Assembly (NCBI GenBank): GCA_965198235.1
Contig: OZ240248.1
Location: 4,608,001-4,672,000 of the forward strand
Length of the DNA stretch: 64,000 nucleotides
Direction of reading: 5' to 3'
From: Candidatus Poribacteria bacterium
Lineage (GTDB): Bacteria > Poribacteria > WGA-4E > WGA-3G
Shown: piece after piece, positions 35,653 to 45,720 of the stretch
How positions within the stretch are numbered: position 1 is the first letter of the stretch
How the letters are laid out: every line of letters begins with the position of its first letter
Position numbers and translations under genes: made by a program
Notes under the pieces: model-generated
Told to the model about the DNA's origin: nothing
What the model saw: only the letters and a program-made list of their open reading frames with translations
Databases searched by the model: none

Positions 35653-36780
35653 CTACGGAATAACGGCAACGTAAACCTGCGAATGCCCTGAAACATCTGA
35701 TGTATACACAACAGCTGTCTCATCAGGACTGAATGAAGGATGCGGGTGCGTCCACTGCGGTCCGTAGACCGTGTCCACCTTCATCTCCATCCAACTCAGG
35801 GATTTCTCTCGATCGCCTGCTTGCTGTGCTGCCGCCCAATCCTCAGCGAGTGCATACCGGTCGGTTTTCCACTGACTGCCGCTGGACGAACTCTGCGGAT
35901 AACAGATCGGCGTATGTTCGCCTGTCTCCACGTCAATAAGCCGCAAACCGATATCGGGATGGACGGTGTCGCACAATACTTTCGACCCGTCGCGATTGCT
36001 GGCAATATGCCACGCGTTGAAATCGGCAATCGTCTGCATCTGTAGGGTTTCCAGAGACATACGTCGAAGTGCATAGGGCCAATGTGTCACGATCAGTTCA
36101 TCCAACGCACCAAGGAAGGTTTCGTGGACGAGAAATTCGTTATTATCGTGCTGATAGAGCGATCGGTTTTCTGTGCCGTTCCGCTTAATAGTCCACATCC
36201 GAGGTGCCGGATCCCCGGAATACGCGATGAGATCAGGGTATTTCGGATGAAACTGGGGATGGATAATCGTCTGATCCGGGGAGGTGTAGATGACCTCGCC
36301 GCCGTTGCCATCGGTAGCGGTTACGGCGATGTGCGATTTGTCGTCGCGCTTCATCGCCGTTACGATATACCATTCGTCTGCACTGACGCTACACTCACCG
36401 AGGCTTCCACCGGGGAATTCTGCAAGTACACGTTCCTCAAGGGTATTGAGATGGATCGCTTTTATGGTGTCTGCTTGCGTGTAAAAGAGTTCAGTGCCGT
36501 CTTTGGAAATCACGCCGGAATAGCCGTGAACCTCATCGGCATCTGTCAACTGGACGATGTCGCCATTAGGGAATTCCAACTTGAAAAAATTCGGATTTCC
36601 TGAACGGTAGGAGGTGAAAATGAGATGTTCTTGGTCGGGGGTGAACGAAGATGTTAGGAAGTAGAGGTTATGGTTGATGGAAGTATCGTTTGTGAGTTGA
36701 TAGATGTGTGTGCCTGTTTGATTGTCTTGAAATTCGCGTAGTTCTGAAGGATGAACGGACGCTTTGGCGTAGTTTGGCAT
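35653..36780 (-). CDS. oligogalacturonate lyase-like beta-propeller protein
   Basis: NHNLYFLTSSFTPD, HPQFHP, HETF, THPHPSFSPD, YTSD. Confidence 0.8.
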   Translation of the reverse strand: MPNYAKASVHPSELREFQDNQTGTHIYQLTNDTSINHNLYFLTSSFTPDQEHLIFTSYRSGNPNFFKLEFPNGDIVQLTDADEVHGYSGVISKDGTELFYTQADTIKAIHLNTLEERVLAEFPGGSLGECSVSADEWYIVTAMKRDDKSHIAVTATDGNGGEVIYTSPDQTIIHPQFHPKYPDLIAYSGDPAPRMWTIKRNGTENRSLYQHDNNEFLVHETFLGALDELIVTHWPYALRRMSLETLQMQTIADFNAWHIASNRDGSKVLCDTVHPDIGLRLIDVETGEHTPICYPQSSSSGSQWKTDRYALAEDWAAAQQAGDREKSLSWMEMKVDTVYGPQWTHPHPSFSPDETAVVYTSDVSGHSQVYVAVIP

Positions 36781-36816
36781 ACTTTGCTCCTCGTAAGTCT
36801 GTTGATGAGATAAATT

Positions 36817-37650
36817 TTACGAATTGAATAGGTAGTTTAACAGATGTGCGCTTTCGCGGAAATCGGGGATGATGATGTCTGCACCGGCGCGAATAAGACG
36901 TTCCCGTTTGTCGGCATTCATATTGTACATATTGTCCTCAACAGACGCGACACCGACAGCGATTGCTCCCACTTCTTTGGCGTTTTCGATTTCCACATAG
37001 CCGTCTCCAACGATGAGCAGTTCGCTTCCGCTAAGGTTGAAATCCGTGATGATCTTCTGGATGACCATGGCTTTGGAAAACTTCTTATATTCCCGCAGTG
37101 CGCCGAAAATGCCACCGTTAAGGTATTCCGCAACACCGAGGAGTGCCGCTTCGTTTTTGACGAATTCGACGTCTGTACCGCTGGCGAGATAGCAGCTTAT
37201 CCCTATCTCGCGCAGGCTTTGAAGAAATTCGAGGGACATCGGCACGCGAAGTGGATCAGCAGACAGCGTTCCCGCCGCGAGTCCAGCAATCCGTTCCTTA
37301 ACAACGGGCAGCAGTCGGCGATTATATTCATCTTTATACGCGAGTGGATCCTTCGGTGTCCCGCCACGTTTCTCGATCTCCTCGCTTAACTGGATCATCT
37401 GATAGATAGTTTGCTTACCGGTCAGCCTGTCCACAAATTCAACAACAATTGCCTCAAGTTGTTCCTGCGTTTCTGTGGTATCTGTTTCCGTTTGAAGGCA
37501 TTCAACCATCATCGGGACCATTACATTCTGCCAACCGTCTCGGATGAGGGAGATTGTCCCGTCAAAATCGAAGACAACATGACGAATATTTCCGGTTTGG
37601 ATTTCACGATGGATTTCAATTGCGGTATTATCCAAAAAAATGTTCTGCAT
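36817..37650 (-). CDS. HAD family hydrolase
   Basis: FDFDGT, LASGT, VGDGYVE. Confidence 0.85.
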   Translation of the reverse strand: MQNIFLDNTAIEIHREIQTGNIRHVVFDFDGTISLIRDGWQNVMVPMMVECLQTETDTTETQEQLEAIVVEFVDRLTGKQTIYQMIQLSEEIEKRGGTPKDPLAYKDEYNRRLLPVVKERIAGLAAGTLSADPLRVPMSLEFLQSLREIGISCYLASGTDVEFVKNEAALLGVAEYLNGGIFGALREYKKFSKAMVIQKIITDFNLSGSELLIVGDGYVEIENAKEVGAIAVGVASVEDNMYNMNADKRERLIRAGADIIIPDFRESAHLLNYLFNS

Positions 37651-37765
37651 ATTTTTAACTATGACGTTTTGCTATGATCTGACCGTTGGCCAGGTCATCG
37701 TTTTCTGATTAAGTCTGTAGGGGCACGTAAAAGACTACATGCCATGCGGGAGTCGCTTACAGTCT

Positions 37766-37889
37766 CAGAGATATTCAATTCTCCCGTAGGAGGGATCTCC
37801 AAATCCCGACTTCGTCTTCTGTAGGGGCGATCTCCTGATCGCGACATTCTGCACAAAACGGGTAGAGAACCGAAAATTGAATGGCTCTG
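37766..37889. mobile_element. second, inverted and more degenerate copy of the ISAs1-like MITE
   Basis: CAGAGATATTCAATT/AATTGAATGGCTCTG; flanks TTACAGTCT vs TTATAGCCT; internal GTAG REP-like palindromes. Confidence 0.65.
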
Positions 37890-38128
37890 TTATAGCCTAA
37901 AAAGGCATTGATTTCCCTTCTCTAATCTGATAGTATAATAGCGTTCAGGGTGTTAAGCAAGCATTTTTAATTATACCTTGCGGTTCGGTGAGATGGGTTC
38001 GGAGCATAAATGTGCTTCTCCGTAGACCCGCTCTCCATTACATTACGAGCTACGCGCCTGAGTTTATCAGAGCAGTTTGAAAGGCGTATCGCTCTTAAAA
38101 TTGCCCAAACTTTAATAAAATAAAACTG

Positions 38129-39004
38129 ATGAACGAAAAAGAGATACTTAAAAAAATCCAACGCATTGAAATATTTACCAATCGCCTTGTTAACACTGTC
38201 TTTGCCGGTGAGTATGAAAGCGTCTTCAAAGGACAGGGGATTACCTTCGATGAGGTTCGGGAATATCAGGTAGGTGATGAAATCCGGACGATCGATTGGA
38301 ATGTCACCGCACGCATGGGGCAAGCCTACATCAAGAAGTACGTGGAAGAGCGTGAACTCGTCATGATGTTGGTTGTGGATGTGAGTGCTTCGACCAGTTT
38401 TGGCAGTATCGCTGAGACGAAGGCGGAAATTGCTGCCGAGATTGCAGCACTCCTCGCCTTTTCTGCCATCAAAAACAACGACAAAGTTGGGCTTATCTGT
38501 TTTACGGACACCGTTGAACATTTCGTCGCGCCGCGGAAAGGGAAAAGACACGTTTTACGCGTCGTTCGGGATATTCTCCATTTTCAGCCGAAACAGCCCG
38601 GGACGAACATTGAAACGGCATTGGCGTTCGTCGATCGGGTGCTCAAGCCGCACAGTGTTGTGTTTCTCATCTCAGATTTCAAAGATACGGGGTATGAAAA
38701 GCAGTTACGCTTGAGCAGTAAACAGCACTCACTTATTGCTATTACCTTACAGGACAGGCGCGAGGTGGAATTGCCGGATGTCGGACTCATAGAACTGGAG
38801 GACGCGGAGAGCGGAGAGACGGTTATTGTCGATACACGTTCCGAGGAAGCACGGCAACTCTATACGGAACTTAATCAGCGTGTAGATGCGGAACGCCGAC
38901 AGGTTTTCCGGGCAAATCAAGTGGATTCTATTCATATCAGAACAGATGAACCGTATGTGAAACCGCTTATCCAATTTTTCCGTCAGCGTACCGCCCGACG
39001 CTAA
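38129..39004 (+). CDS. DUF58 / VWA domain protein (MoxR-associated)
   Basis: FDEVREYQVGDEIRTIDWNVTAR, VDVSAS, FLISDF. Confidence 0.9.
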   Translation: MNEKEILKKIQRIEIFTNRLVNTVFAGEYESVFKGQGITFDEVREYQVGDEIRTIDWNVTARMGQAYIKKYVEERELVMMLVVDVSASTSFGSIAETKAEIAAEIAALLAFSAIKNNDKVGLICFTDTVEHFVAPRKGKRHVLRVVRDILHFQPKQPGTNIETALAFVDRVLKPHSVVFLISDFKDTGYEKQLRLSSKQHSLIAITLQDRREVELPDVGLIELEDAESGETVIVDTRSEEARQLYTELNQRVDAERRQVFRANQVDSIHIRTDEPYVKPLIQFFRQRTARR

Positions 39005-39024
39005 AATAAAATTCTTGTAGGCTT

Positions 39025-39795
39025 ATGAGAAGATTAGAGGTAAAGAATTTAACACAAACCTTTGCTCAAAAAGGCGACCCATTACGAGTCCTGGAGGGTT
39101 TAAACCTCGCTGTTGACGATGGGCAGTTTGTCGCTTTGTTGGGTCCCTCCGGGTGTGGCAAAAGCACGCTTTTTAATATCGTTTCTGGGCTTCTTGTACC
39201 AGACACCGGAGAAATTTACCTCGACAGTGAGCGTATCTACGGCAACACAGGGGATTTCGCCTACATGCAACAGAAGGACCTCCTTTTACCGTGGCGGACG
39301 GTCCTTAGGAACGTACTCGTCGGACCAGAAATTCACAACGAACCGCTTGACACCGCGAAGGTAGAGGCACAACGGCGTTTAGCACAACTCGGATTGAGCG
39401 GATTTGAAAATAGTTATCCGATGCAGCTTTCGGGAGGGATGCGGCAACGCGTCGCGCTCGTCCGGACACTCCTGTTTCGGAAGAGAATTCTGCTATTAGA
39501 TGAACCCTTCGGCGCACTGGATGCAATGACTCGGACCGTCATGCAGTCTATTCTACTCGACATCTGGTCAGAGAGCCGACAGACTGTGCTCCTCATCACC
39601 CACGACGTTGAGGAAGCTCTTATACTTGCTGATAAAATCTACGTGCTGACAGCCAGACCCGCAACGCTAAAAGCAGAAGTCCCTATTCCTCTGTCTCGTC
39701 CGCGGAGCATCACGGATGTCTCCCTCATTCGCCTGAAAAAAGAACTTTTGGCGTTATTACAGGTCGAAATGTCACAGGTTTTCGATGTAGGTTAA
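39025..39795 (+). CDS. ABC transporter ATP-binding protein (NitT/TauT type)
   Basis: GPSGCGKST, LSGGMRQR, LLLDEPF, ITHD. Confidence 0.92.
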   Translation: MRRLEVKNLTQTFAQKGDPLRVLEGLNLAVDDGQFVALLGPSGCGKSTLFNIVSGLLVPDTGEIYLDSERIYGNTGDFAYMQQKDLLLPWRTVLRNVLVGPEIHNEPLDTAKVEAQRRLAQLGLSGFENSYPMQLSGGMRQRVALVRTLLFRKRILLLDEPFGALDAMTRTVMQSILLDIWSESRQTVLLITHDVEEALILADKIYVLTARPATLKAEVPIPLSRPRSITDVSLIRLKKELLALLQVEMSQVFDVG

Positions 39796-39886
39796 CTCTG
39801 TTTAGGGTCCGAATCCTTTGTCAATGTTCTCTAAAACGAATGTGATGGGCGGTTCATCAAAGTTTACGGATTGGAAACCCCGTGTT

Positions 39887-40912
39887 TTAGTGCGGGGAGG
39901 AAAATCCGCTCCTGTAGTTAAAGTTAAGGCGTGTTAGCACCTTAAAATCCGTAGTTTTTGCTTTTTGAGTGAGGCGTTTACCTTCCAAGGAATATAACGC
40001 TATACCGTGTTTACCGAAGCCACTGATACGTGTAAGACCATATTTGATATGTCTAACCAAAGTATTTTTTACCAATCCATTCCATGTTGTTCCTCCATAA
40101 CGCGGGCGTTTCCCGCCTTTCTGTGGGTTCTGTCTGTGGAGTTCACGTCTCCGTATCGGGATTGGCGATATACAGAAGATTGAAGTATTGTCGACAATAG
40201 GTTTCCCGCCGATTGTCTGATATGCCAAACACCAACTATCGACACAATGTGCGTCAAAATGTTCTGATAGTTTGTTAGACGACTTCTTGAGTCCTAATCC
40301 GTCTCGTATCTCTTTTGTTTCCCACCCTTGAAGTGTCCGTAGTTGCCAACGCTTCTGAACTTCAGAGTAGAACCACTGCTTACCGACTTCCAGAGGACTA
40401 AAGGATTGATTCCACTTTTTCGCATGTTCTATAGTCCGTGCTTTAATATCTTCAACACATACATGCGTGATTGGATACAGTTTGGATAACCAGTCTAATA
40501 TACGCAACTTCCAATCCCATCTTGCGCGTGTGCCTGCGGGGATACGCTCTCTGTTCGTAAGACGATTCGTCCTATTTTTTCGGTTCGGACACTTCCGTGA
40601 ACGCCGTCCTCTACGCAACTCACGTCTCTTTTCAACTTTCTTACTGACTTTGCTATGGGCATCCGCTTGCACATTCAGATAAGTGTGTGATTCACTCTTA
40701 ACCGTAAAGCCTTCTTTCTTACTGCCAGGGTCTATGCCTACAGCAATCTCTTGCTTGTAATAGCGTTCTGCCACTTCTTTGTTAAGCCTGATACAGAAAA
40801 TACCATTATCCCAATAAGGCGTGGCTTCTCCGCTTTTAATCAAATGCCTCGCTACAGGTGGAATCGTAGGCATTAACTGTTCGCCTTCTTTACTCTTTAC
40901 TGATACAAACAT
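39887..40912 (-). CDS. isrB: RNA-guided nickase IsrB (IscB homolog lacking HNH)
   Basis: PLMP-like QLMP, GIDPG, Arg-rich bridge helix RRELRRGRR, VEDI, HCVDSW; ~341 aa; no HNH motif. Confidence 0.85.
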   Translation of the reverse strand: MFVSVKSKEGEQLMPTIPPVARHLIKSGEATPYWDNGIFCIRLNKEVAERYYKQEIAVGIDPGSKKEGFTVKSESHTYLNVQADAHSKVSKKVEKRRELRRGRRSRKCPNRKNRTNRLTNRERIPAGTRARWDWKLRILDWLSKLYPITHVCVEDIKARTIEHAKKWNQSFSPLEVGKQWFYSEVQKRWQLRTLQGWETKEIRDGLGLKKSSNKLSEHFDAHCVDSWCLAYQTIGGKPIVDNTSIFCISPIPIRRRELHRQNPQKGGKRPRYGGTTWNGLVKNTLVRHIKYGLTRISGFGKHGIALYSLEGKRLTQKAKTTDFKVLTRLNFNYRSGFSSPH

Positions 40913-40919
40913 TGTAATC

Positions 40920-41122
40920 AACTCCCTTTCGGGGTATATGTTGCCCCATCCAGATCACAGGCTCAGAGAGGTATCAGACTTGGGGAGCATCCGATACATT
41001 ACTTTGGCTACCACGCCAAGAGACCGCGATATATTACTGTAGTCAATGCTTTAACTTGTGAAGTGGACGTTTGGTATACGCTTTGCACAAGTTTCCTCCT
41101 CTTTTAGGAGGAGGTCACTGAC
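40920..41122 (-). ncRNA. omegaRNA (HEARO-like) scaffold upstream of isrB
   Basis: GTCA...TTGAC stem, GATGCTCCCCAAGTC, CCCCGAAAGGG hairpin ahead of the RBS. Confidence 0.75.
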
Positions 41123-41143
41123 GTTGTCAAACATCTAGCACGA

Positions 41144-42658
41144 TTATGCTACCGTTGGTGTCATTGTCCATGCGTCTAAACTGTTTAAAATTGCCGCACC
41201 GCCGTGTGCGAAAATTGAGACACCGACGCTGTCCGCTCGCGTCGGGTAGATGCGCTGGGTTAGACATAACCGGCTATTGACAAAAACTTCCAGCACCGAG
41301 CGGTCTAAGAAGATATGAAGTTTCAGGGATTCTCCTTCAACCAGTTTGAAGGGTGCCTCCTGTGAATTTGTATAGCGTTCTCCGCCGTCTTCGTCTTGTG
41401 GTGTCAGACGCGGATATTTTACTTCGTCATCCAAAGTTGATTTCGTGAGATCGATTTTAAGGAATTCGCCAGATGGCGAATGGACAATGGTGGTTTCCTC
41501 CTCGCCATTTGGGGACTTGCGAACCTTCACACCGAATTCTGTAGCACCTCTCGGATCAATTTCCACCTGTAGTTCAAGGCAATCGCCGTTTACATCTTCA
41601 ATATCGATCTCTGTATCTGCATCGAGTCGGGCTGTTTCTTGGTGGTAATGCTTAGCGCGGAGTTTTTCGAGTTCTGGAACGGGTTTGATACAAAGACTTC
41701 CGTCTTCACTCAACGATAGGATCCGCGGCAATGTCATCACGGAAGCCCAGCCGTATTTCTCCCACGGACGAGCTTCGCGAATCCAACCGAAAAAGATACG
41801 TCGTCCGTTATCGTCAAGGAGCGTTTCAGGTCCAGAGAGTTGTCCACCTTGCCAGTTCATACGTCCATGTATTTCAGGATAGAACTGCTCATCTTCGTAA
41901 CGTCCGAGGTAATAATGTGCCATACCGTAAGGGCGGTGCCCATGCATCAGAAGCATATATCTATCGCCGAGCAGAAAGAAATCGGGACAGGCGCAATCTT
42001 CAACCTCATCCGTCCAACGCCGCGAAGACTTGTAGAATGGACCGAGGTATTCCCACTGAATACAGTCGTCCGAACGGAAAAGACTGGTCGTGTCGCCTTC
42101 GTATCCCGGTCGGCTATTTTTGTTGCCTATAAGCGCATAGTAGGTGCCGTTTTCGTACCAGGCACACGGATCAAAAACGTGGTACTCTTGTGGTTCGTCT
42201 GGTATCGGAATGACCGGGTTTGCAGGCGAGGGTGTCCAGTGAATCAAATCGTCATCTTCGCTGGTTGCGATGCAGGTTCCTTGATTCGGCACGTGATAGA
42301 TGAAGGTTGGAAGCGGTGCGTTCTCAATAGCATCTCCGCTATATATGCCGCGTGGCATTGATCCATCAGTGGCAGGTTTTATTGCCGGTGGATGGTGTAT
42401 CCAATGCACCAGATCGCAGCTGGAGGAGTGGTCGAGCACCGGCAGCCATTCATCTGCGTTTGGATTTGGTATTCGCCCAAGATAAAAGACATGGTATCGC
42501 CCATTGAAAAAAATGGTACAGTTTGCATCATTAAAAAACCCATCGGGAGGGAGTAGGTGATAGCGTGGACGGTGGGGGTCGGCCGAGAGATATTCTCGCA
42601 ATTCACGCGCATCCCCGATGCGTTTATGAAGGTTTTCAATTGTAATTGCTGAATTCAT
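41144..42658 (-). CDS. glycoside hydrolase family 32
   Basis: FFNDAN, YSG, FDP, CACPDFF, IFLDRSVLEVF. Confidence 0.9.
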   Translation of the reverse strand: MNSAITIENLHKRIGDARELREYLSADPHRPRYHLLPPDGFFNDANCTIFFNGRYHVFYLGRIPNPNADEWLPVLDHSSSCDLVHWIHHPPAIKPATDGSMPRGIYSGDAIENAPLPTFIYHVPNQGTCIATSEDDDLIHWTPSPANPVIPIPDEPQEYHVFDPCAWYENGTYYALIGNKNSRPGYEGDTTSLFRSDDCIQWEYLGPFYKSSRRWTDEVEDCACPDFFLLGDRYMLLMHGHRPYGMAHYYLGRYEDEQFYPEIHGRMNWQGGQLSGPETLLDDNGRRIFFGWIREARPWEKYGWASVMTLPRILSLSEDGSLCIKPVPELEKLRAKHYHQETARLDADTEIDIEDVNGDCLELQVEIDPRGATEFGVKVRKSPNGEEETTIVHSPSGEFLKIDLTKSTLDDEVKYPRLTPQDEDGGERYTNSQEAPFKLVEGESLKLHIFLDRSVLEVFVNSRLCLTQRIYPTRADSVGVSIFAHGGAAILNSLDAWTMTPTVA

Positions 42659-43309
42659 TTGCCGTGAACTCTCCTCAGTCTTCAGTGCTGCTTATGGTTT
42701 TCCGATTTTTTAATTATGGGAATCTGGTCATCGTTCCACGATGGTTCCTGGTTAATTCTAACCGAATTAGGGATATGTACACAATGAACGCCGACAAACC
42801 AAATCACAGTATAGCATATTAAGAGAGAAGTAACAAGAGAAATCGAGACACGTCAAACCTGTTTGGATATATCTATGAAGACGTTTTTCCTTGAGGTTTT
42901 TTATGCGGTTTGGTATACTGCCCCATAGGTGTCAATTTAGTGCTGTAGAGAATGATGCGTAATTTCAGAGTATTCAGAGTAAAATCGGAAAAATGGGGAT
43001 TTGGAAACGGGCTATAAACCTATGCAATGACTGGGTTTTGGACGATTTTCATTCAAAGGTTCTTGAAGGTTTACTCTGAAATTTTATATCAGAGCCGTCA
43101 GTCACCAGCACGACCGAAAGCAGAGCTAATTCTACAGAAGCGGACAGTTGGAACGAGTTATCGGCATTTGTAGATGAATCGGTGTGGTTTCAATACATTC
43201 TGTTAATATAATTTTACTATATTGTTTTTTCACGGAGACAGTGAATTTTCGCTTCCGAGAACCCACGGACCGCCTGACCCGAAAAAATCCTCCGTGAAGC
43301 CTCCGTGAA

Positions 43310-43498
43310 TTGTGCCTCTTGGAACATCGCAAGCCCAGCTCGCTGCATCTGACGATGCTCGTTTTTGGGACGTTTGGTGCAGAAATCTTGTTGCGGGAAG
43401 ATTTTGAGGCAGATGACTTTGAGTTCGGAACGTTTGCTGTTCAACCTGAAGGAAAACTCGCGACAGCATGCGGACATCTGAAGTTAAATAGTTGGTAA
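43310..43498 (+). pseudogene. collapsed secreted-protein remnant (signal-peptide end + C-terminal motif)
   Basis: LVFGTFGAEILLREDFE followed almost directly by AVQPEGKLATACGHLK. Confidence 0.55.
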
Positions 43499-43516
43499 AC
43501 AGAAAGGAATTCAGTT

Positions 43517-44497
43517 ATGCAAAAATGTGCACTTATCAGCGGTAGAGGCATGGGGTTGATGCACGGTGGAAACTTCCACAGCCATCCAAACGCAGAAGTG
43601 GTCGCTGTGTGCGATATGGACCCGGAACTCCTTGCGAAGGTAGAGGAGCAATTTGGGGTCCCCGGGTATTCAACAATTGAGGATCTTTTAGCAAATTGTG
43701 ATGCAGAACTCGTACTTCTCATTGTCAATGAGACCCGGCGCATCCCACCGTTGCGGCAATTGCTTGAAGCCGGGCGAAATGTATTCACAGAGAAACCCCT
43801 CTGTGGATTGGAAGGACAAGATCGGTTGCGTGAAGAAGACCTCCAAATCGCGGCACCTGCTATCGCAACATGGCGCGACTCTAATCTTAAGTTCGGGATC
43901 GATTTCAACTACCGATTTATGCACCATTTCCGTAAACTGCATGATGATGTTGCCGAAAATCGGTTGGGTGAGATCAGAATGGTACACGCGCGGGCACATT
44001 TCAACTGTTGGTCCCATGTTATCGATCAGATTCTCTGGACGGTAGGGAGACCGGAATGGGTGAGTGTTGTCGGAGACCCGAATGAAGCCGGGGGTTGGGG
44101 ACGTTTAATTCATATCGGTTGGGAGAATGGTGTCATCGGTTCCCTGAGTGGCACAAACCTATGGGGTTACGACGATCATCCGCTTCGAGTTAAGGTCCTT
44201 GGCGATGAATTTTATGCGGAGGCAAAAGGATTGGAAGGCTCTTACTCCCGCAGAAAAGCGAATAGCTCTGAAATAGAGGAAGTCTGGGAAGCCGAGGCTG
44301 ACAATCCAGAGATGCCTGAGTCTTTCAAACGGATGGCTGATGGTGTGATTAAGGCAATGCATGCCGACACATCTTTCCCCGCTGATGGTGAAGCGGCATG
44401 GAACGAGCTGCTGTTTGAGGCGGCGGTCCACAGGTCTGCCTTGCAGAACAATGCCCGCGTATTTCTGAAAGATGTTGAAGAAGAAGCAAGTGCCTAA
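43517..44497 (+). CDS. Gfo/Idh/MocA family oxidoreductase
   Basis: VVAVCD, VFTEKP, FNYRF, SHVID. Confidence 0.9.
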   Translation: MQKCALISGRGMGLMHGGNFHSHPNAEVVAVCDMDPELLAKVEEQFGVPGYSTIEDLLANCDAELVLLIVNETRRIPPLRQLLEAGRNVFTEKPLCGLEGQDRLREEDLQIAAPAIATWRDSNLKFGIDFNYRFMHHFRKLHDDVAENRLGEIRMVHARAHFNCWSHVIDQILWTVGRPEWVSVVGDPNEAGGWGRLIHIGWENGVIGSLSGTNLWGYDDHPLRVKVLGDEFYAEAKGLEGSYSRRKANSSEIEEVWEAEADNPEMPESFKRMADGVIKAMHADTSFPADGEAAWNELLFEAAVHRSALQNNARVFLKDVEEEASA

Positions 44498-44506
44498 GGA
44501 GACTAC

Positions 44507-44529
44507 AGGCGCGGTTTTCAACCGCGCCT
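44507..44529. terminator. hairpin between convergent genes
   Basis: AGGCGCGGTT-TTC-AACCGCGCCT. Confidence 0.55.
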
Positions 44530-44554
44530 ATATCTCAGGAAATGGTATCACGTT

Positions 44555-45607
44555 TTAGGCAGCACTGCCTTTGATAGCGATCTTAATCGCGTCCTTTCCA
44601 TCTAAGTGGTAACTGCCGTGAAGTGCGTCGAAACCTTTGGACACATCCTCTAATGGAAGAATGTGGCTGACAAAACCTTCAAAGAGTGAAGCGTGTTTCT
44701 CAAGCATCGGTATGGCGCGGAGGAAATGCTTCCTTTCAAATCCCCATCCGGCTTCCAATCGGAGGTTTTTGCGCATTAGCATCTGGTTCGGATTGCAATC
44801 AAAAGAGCCAACGTCCACGAAATGCCCGTATACGACGTAAGTTCCACCGTACCTGATGTAGTCCAACCCTTCTGGGATAGCGGCGAGGAAACCGGTGCAT
44901 TCGTAAACAACATCCGCACCATTGCCTTGTGACGTATTTTCTCGGACAATCTGCTTGCGCTCTTCGGGATCTGACACTTCGGCGATATCAATAGTAAGAT
45001 CTGCCCCTAATCTTTTTGCCATCTCAAGCCTTCCGGGGGGCCCGCCGACGACGATAAGTCTTCCGGCACCAGAGACCCTTGCCCAATTAAGCGCAAGCAG
45101 ACCGATGGGACCGGTTCCTTGAATTACAACCGTGTCCCCGAATTCGATTTTGCCGCGTGACACACAGTGTGCGGCACAGGAAGCCGGTTCCGCGAGCACA
45201 GCGACTTCCGGTGATAGATCGGTTTTAAGAAACATATTAGTTGACGGGTTTGACAGATAGATGTACTCGCTGAAGCCACCACGCAGATACGGTGCTTCTT
45301 CCGACGGGGAAAAGCCGAGTCCTCCGCTGGGGGACAGCACTATCCTGTCGCCTTCTTTGACTGGGTTGCCGAGGTAGTCTGTTTCAACCCCCTCGCCTAA
45401 AGTCTCAATCACGCCGACGTTCTCGTGTCCGAGGATAATGTCGTGGTTGATACGCTGAAACTCCCAGTTATGAAGGTCGGTACCGCAAATACCCCCTAAC
45501 TCCTGACGTACGAGTACCGTACCGGGTGCGGGATCAGCTATCGGATACTCTCGAACTTCAAAATTTTTGCCACTCATCACGGTGGCGCGTGCGGTTCTGG
45601 TTCCCAT
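44555..45607 (-). CDS. zinc-binding dehydrogenase (MDR family)
   Basis: GICGTD, GHE, GTGPIG, VYECTG. Confidence 0.9.
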   Translation of the reverse strand: MGTRTARATVMSGKNFEVREYPIADPAPGTVLVRQELGGICGTDLHNWEFQRINHDIILGHENVGVIETLGEGVETDYLGNPVKEGDRIVLSPSGGLGFSPSEEAPYLRGGFSEYIYLSNPSTNMFLKTDLSPEVAVLAEPASCAAHCVSRGKIEFGDTVVIQGTGPIGLLALNWARVSGAGRLIVVGGPPGRLEMAKRLGADLTIDIAEVSDPEERKQIVRENTSQGNGADVVYECTGFLAAIPEGLDYIRYGGTYVVYGHFVDVGSFDCNPNQMLMRKNLRLEAGWGFERKHFLRAIPMLEKHASLFEGFVSHILPLEDVSKGFDALHGSYHLDGKDAIKIAIKGSAA

Positions 45608-45720
45608 TGTAAAACTCCTTTTAGAAACTCAGCCAAGGTGTGTAAGCACAACAACGGCTGTGCTGGATATATGAAATGTGGCATTTTTGCCAAGACATCC
45701 TCAATAATCCGCTAAGAACG

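Larger units (their letters stand above)
39858..41122 (-). mobile_element. IS200/IS605-superfamily IsrB element
   Basis: Begins GTCAGTGACCTCCTCCTAAAAGAGGAGG, ends after hairpin CCCCGCACTAAAACACGGGG, followed by ATGA. Confidence 0.8.

Noticed and set aside
35462-37898. Composite transposon bounded by the two MITEs
   Set aside because: Each MITE has its own distinct target duplication, indicating independent insertions
37967-38551. 194-aa minus-strand ORF
   Set aside because: Shadow of the DUF58 gene with no motifs
39887-40921. IscB or Cas9 call
   Set aside because: Too short, no HNH domain and no CRISPR array; fits IsrB
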